A stretch of DNA of 32,342 nt from assembly GCA_028867845.1 (NCBI GenBank), contig JAGWFU010000001.1:1-32342 (forward strand), in the 5' to 3' direction. This DNA is from Candidatus Micrarchaeota archaeon (GTDB lineage: Archaea > Micrarchaeota > Micrarchaeia > Micrarchaeales > Micrarchaeaceae). Made by a program: the position numbers and the translations under genes. A model generated the notes under the pieces. It was not told the DNA's origin. It saw only the letters and a program-made list of their open reading frames with translations, and ran no database searches. This document shows, piece by piece, positions 30,340 to 32,342 of the stretch. Numbering within the stretch: position 1 is the stretch's first letter; each line of letters starts with the position of its first letter.

Positions 30340-31749
30340 ATGAACCTGCTACCCATAATGATCCTGGTGCCCGCCATAGCAATGCTGCTAATCGCGCTGC
30401 TAAAGGAGAGGCACAGCAGGCTTATCAGTTGCGCATCTACGCTCATAGTTCTCGCCATCAGCATAGCGCTCCTTGGACTGTCGATAGCCAATGGCAACGT
30501 GAGCTTCTAGCAGCAGTACACTTACATAAGCTCTTTCGGCATAAGCCTTGGGTTCAGCGTGGGAATACTACAGCTGATACTCCTGCTGGTCTCCTCATCT
30601 GTCCTGTTCGCGGCGGCCCTGTCGGGCAACACCGAGGACGAGAAACACAAGCTCTCCAGTTTCCTGGTTGTCCTGTTCCAGCTCGCCTCAGTTGGCCTCT
30701 TCTCATCCGCCAACTTCTTCATGTTCTTCATATTCTGGGACATCGGCGTGCTTGCGATGTTCTTCATGATAAACACTCTCGGCTCGGCCAACAGGAAGTC
30801 CGCATCGATAAACTTCCTGATATACGAGCTGTTCGCCAGCGCGATGCTGCTGCTCGCCATACTGCTGATATACTTCTACACACCGGTGAACTCCTTCGAC
30901 CTCTACTACATAGCCGCTCACGTGGCGCTGATACCGCACGACATACAGCTTGCGGTCTTCGGGCTCCTCTTCTTGGCCTTCATGATAAACATGCCCCTCT
31001 TCCCGGTGCACTTCTGGCTCCCTGACGCGCACACTGAGGCATCCACGCAGGGCTCCATGCTGCTCTCCGGAGTGCTCACCAAGTACGGCGGCTACGGCAT
31101 GCTCCTGCTCTTCACTATCTTCCCCATCTCCGCGGAGTTCTCCAAGCCGGTGGCCATCCTCGCGGCCTTCTCCGCGTTCTACGCAGTGTTCGTGCTGATG
31201 CGGCAGACCGACATAAAGAGGATAATCGCCTACTCGACGATAGTTGAGATGGGCATAATCATGTTCGGGATAAGCGCGGCCAACAATCTCGGCATATATG
31301 GGTCGGCATACGGCATGCTGGCGCACGGCCTCACCGTGGCATTGATGTTCCTTGCGGTGGGGGTCATCAAGCACGTGTTCGGCGAGCGCGACATAAAGGT
31401 GCTGAAGGGAACTGTGATAAACGCCAAGTCAACGACTTACGTATTCCTCATAGGCACGCTCGCGATGATCGGGTTCCCCTTCTCCGCCGGCTTCATAGCA
31501 GACATACTCATATTCCTGGGCGCGATACAGGCATTCGGGGTGTACGGCATAATCCCGTTGGGTGCTATAGTCCTGTTCGGTGCGTATCTCTACTACGTGA
31601 TAAACAGGTCGATGCTATCAGCCAGGCAGGCGTCGTCTACCGTAGCACCGGTGCTTAGCAGGCAGAAGCTGGGATACGCCCTGCTGGTGGCCTTGATATT
31701 CATATTCGGCGCTCTGCCGTTCCTGATACTGAACCTGGTAAAGCTATAG
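30340..31749 (+). CDS. nuoM: NADH-quinone oxidoreductase subunit M (ND4), interrupted by an in-frame TAG at 30508-30510
   Basis: ATG 30340 lies 2 nt after the nuoL stop and gives MNLLPIMILVPAIAMLLIALLKERHSRLISCASTLIVLAISIALLGLSIANGNVSF. Then comes TAG, and the same frame continues QQYTYISSFGISLGFSVGILQLILLLVSSS... into the track ORF 30559-31749. Hallmarks: FIFWDIGVLAMFFMI, PLFPVHFWLPDAHTEASTQGSMLLSGVLTKYGGYG, RIIAYSTIVEMG. Confidence 0.85.
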
Positions 31750-31757
31750 GCGATAAG

Positions 31758-32342
31758 ATGGAGTACTACCTGATACCGACATATGCCATCCTCGCACTGA
31801 TGCTGGCATACGTGGCGCTCTCCACTCTCTTCACATACAAGAGACGCGGTAAGGCGAGCTTCGTGGTATCGACTGTGGTGATCCTCGCGATAGCGTTGCT
31901 GGCCAGCCTGATGGCCGCGTCGCCGCTCAACTACACGCTCGCCAACACGCTGCACGTCTATCCCTTCTCCATGTTCTTCATAATGCTGTTCTCCATACTC
32001 TCCGTGCTGGTGAACATCCTCTCCTTCAAGTACTCCTCCGACTATCCGGTGTTCTCGCTCCTGTTCAGCTTCCTGTTCGTCGGCATGTTCGTAGTCGCTG
32101 CGGCGAACAACCTCTTCGACATACTACTGGGGCTTGAGATAGTCTCCATACCAGCTGCGTTCATGATACTCCAGAGCGGCAAGAAGCACATAGAAGCTGC
32201 AGTCAAGTTCTTCATACTCAGCGCCATAGCCGTTGCGGTGCTCACATTCGCCCTGGCCCTCATCTTCCCGTACGACCTGCAGATGAGCCTAACCTTCCTC
32301 GCTTCCAACTACCAGATAAGCGGCGGATACATAATCGCACTT
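31758..32342 (+). CDS. nuoN: NADH-quinone oxidoreductase subunit N (ND2). The 3' end runs off the window.
   Basis: Not in the ORF track because there is no stop in the window. From ATG 31758: MEYYLIPTYAILALMLAYVAL...FSFLFVGMFVVAAANNLFDILLGLEIVSIPAAFMILQSGKKHIEAAVKFFILSAIAVAVLTFALALIF. The L.LE..S.. / A..KYF..... pattern and the position after nuoM support the call. Confidence 0.85.
   Translation, partial: MEYYLIPTYAILALMLAYVALSTLFTYKRRGKASFVVSTVVILAIALLASLMAASPLNYTLANTLHVYPFSMFFIMLFSILSVLVNILSFKYSSDYPVFSLLFSFLFVGMFVVAAANNLFDILLGLEIVSIPAAFMILQSGKKHIEAAVKFFILSAIAVAVLTFALALIFPYDLQMSLTFLASNYQISGGYIIAL

Noticed and set aside
30508-30510. The in-frame TAG in nuoM as evidence for pyrrolysine or genome-wide TAG reassignment.
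   Set aside because: TAG terminates many well-delimited ORFs in this same window (for example nuoH, nuoM itself, the YVTN propeller and the B-box membrane protein). Global recoding is therefore not supported. Only a local event, or an error, is considered.
1-32342. CRISPR arrays, IS elements/transposases, integrases, rRNA genes and prophage-like content.
   Set aside because: No regularly spaced direct repeats, terminal inverted repeats, DDE/tyrosine-recombinase-like ORFs or rRNA-like sequence were seen. The only repeated DNA is the adhesin-family homology and the short tandem repeats in Gly- or Cys-rich coding regions.

Overview
Archaeal chromosomal segment. Evidence: BRE/TATA-type promoters 25-45 nt upstream of starts, archaeal/eukaryal-type ribosomal proteins L7Ae, S28e, L24e and S26e, fibrillarin, class III (type IV pilin-like) signal peptides, and strong ATA-Ile/AGG-Arg codon preference with GC-rich third positions. 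Lineage cannot be fixed without a search. The compact layout, orphan pathway genes and giant pilin-like adhesins would fit a small-genome, possibly episymbiotic (DPANN-like) or acidophilic archaeon, but that is a guess. Left to right: ADP-forming acetyl-CoA synthetase (beta then alpha gene), a tail-anchored double-wHTH protein, a beta-CASP RNase, S26e translationally coupled to a B-box/membrane protein, a YVTN beta-propeller surface protein, an RpiB-like pseudoenzyme, a small HTH regulator and aroA. Next come a Tes-like (tetraether synthase-like) radical SAM enzyme with a His/Cys-Gly tail, an HMA-like and a HAD-like protein, and an 872-aa pilin-like adhesin. A 350-nt GC-rich non-coding gap precedes fibrillarin and a Zn-ribbon/helical protein. 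Then a secreted protein, a 5'-disrupted FKBP, a chimeric adhesin pseudogene remnant and a second 551-aa pilin-like protein with a polyglycine-rich C-terminal domain. The window ends with the rpl7ae-rps28e-rpl24e operon, several small hypotheticals, a wHTH plus a sequon-rich surface glycoprotein, and a nuoHIJKLMN membrane-arm operon. Most notable: (1) the paralogous giant pilin-like adhesins and the recombination scar that has overwritten the FKBP 5' end; (2) an in-frame TAG inside nuoM although TAG is otherwise a normal stop here; (3) the Tes-like enzyme with a duplicated SCGCG..SCGC tail; (4) an unassigned structured-looking 350-nt gap upstream of a Nop5-less fibrillarin gene. No CRISPR array, rRNA, convincing tRNA or transposase was seen.
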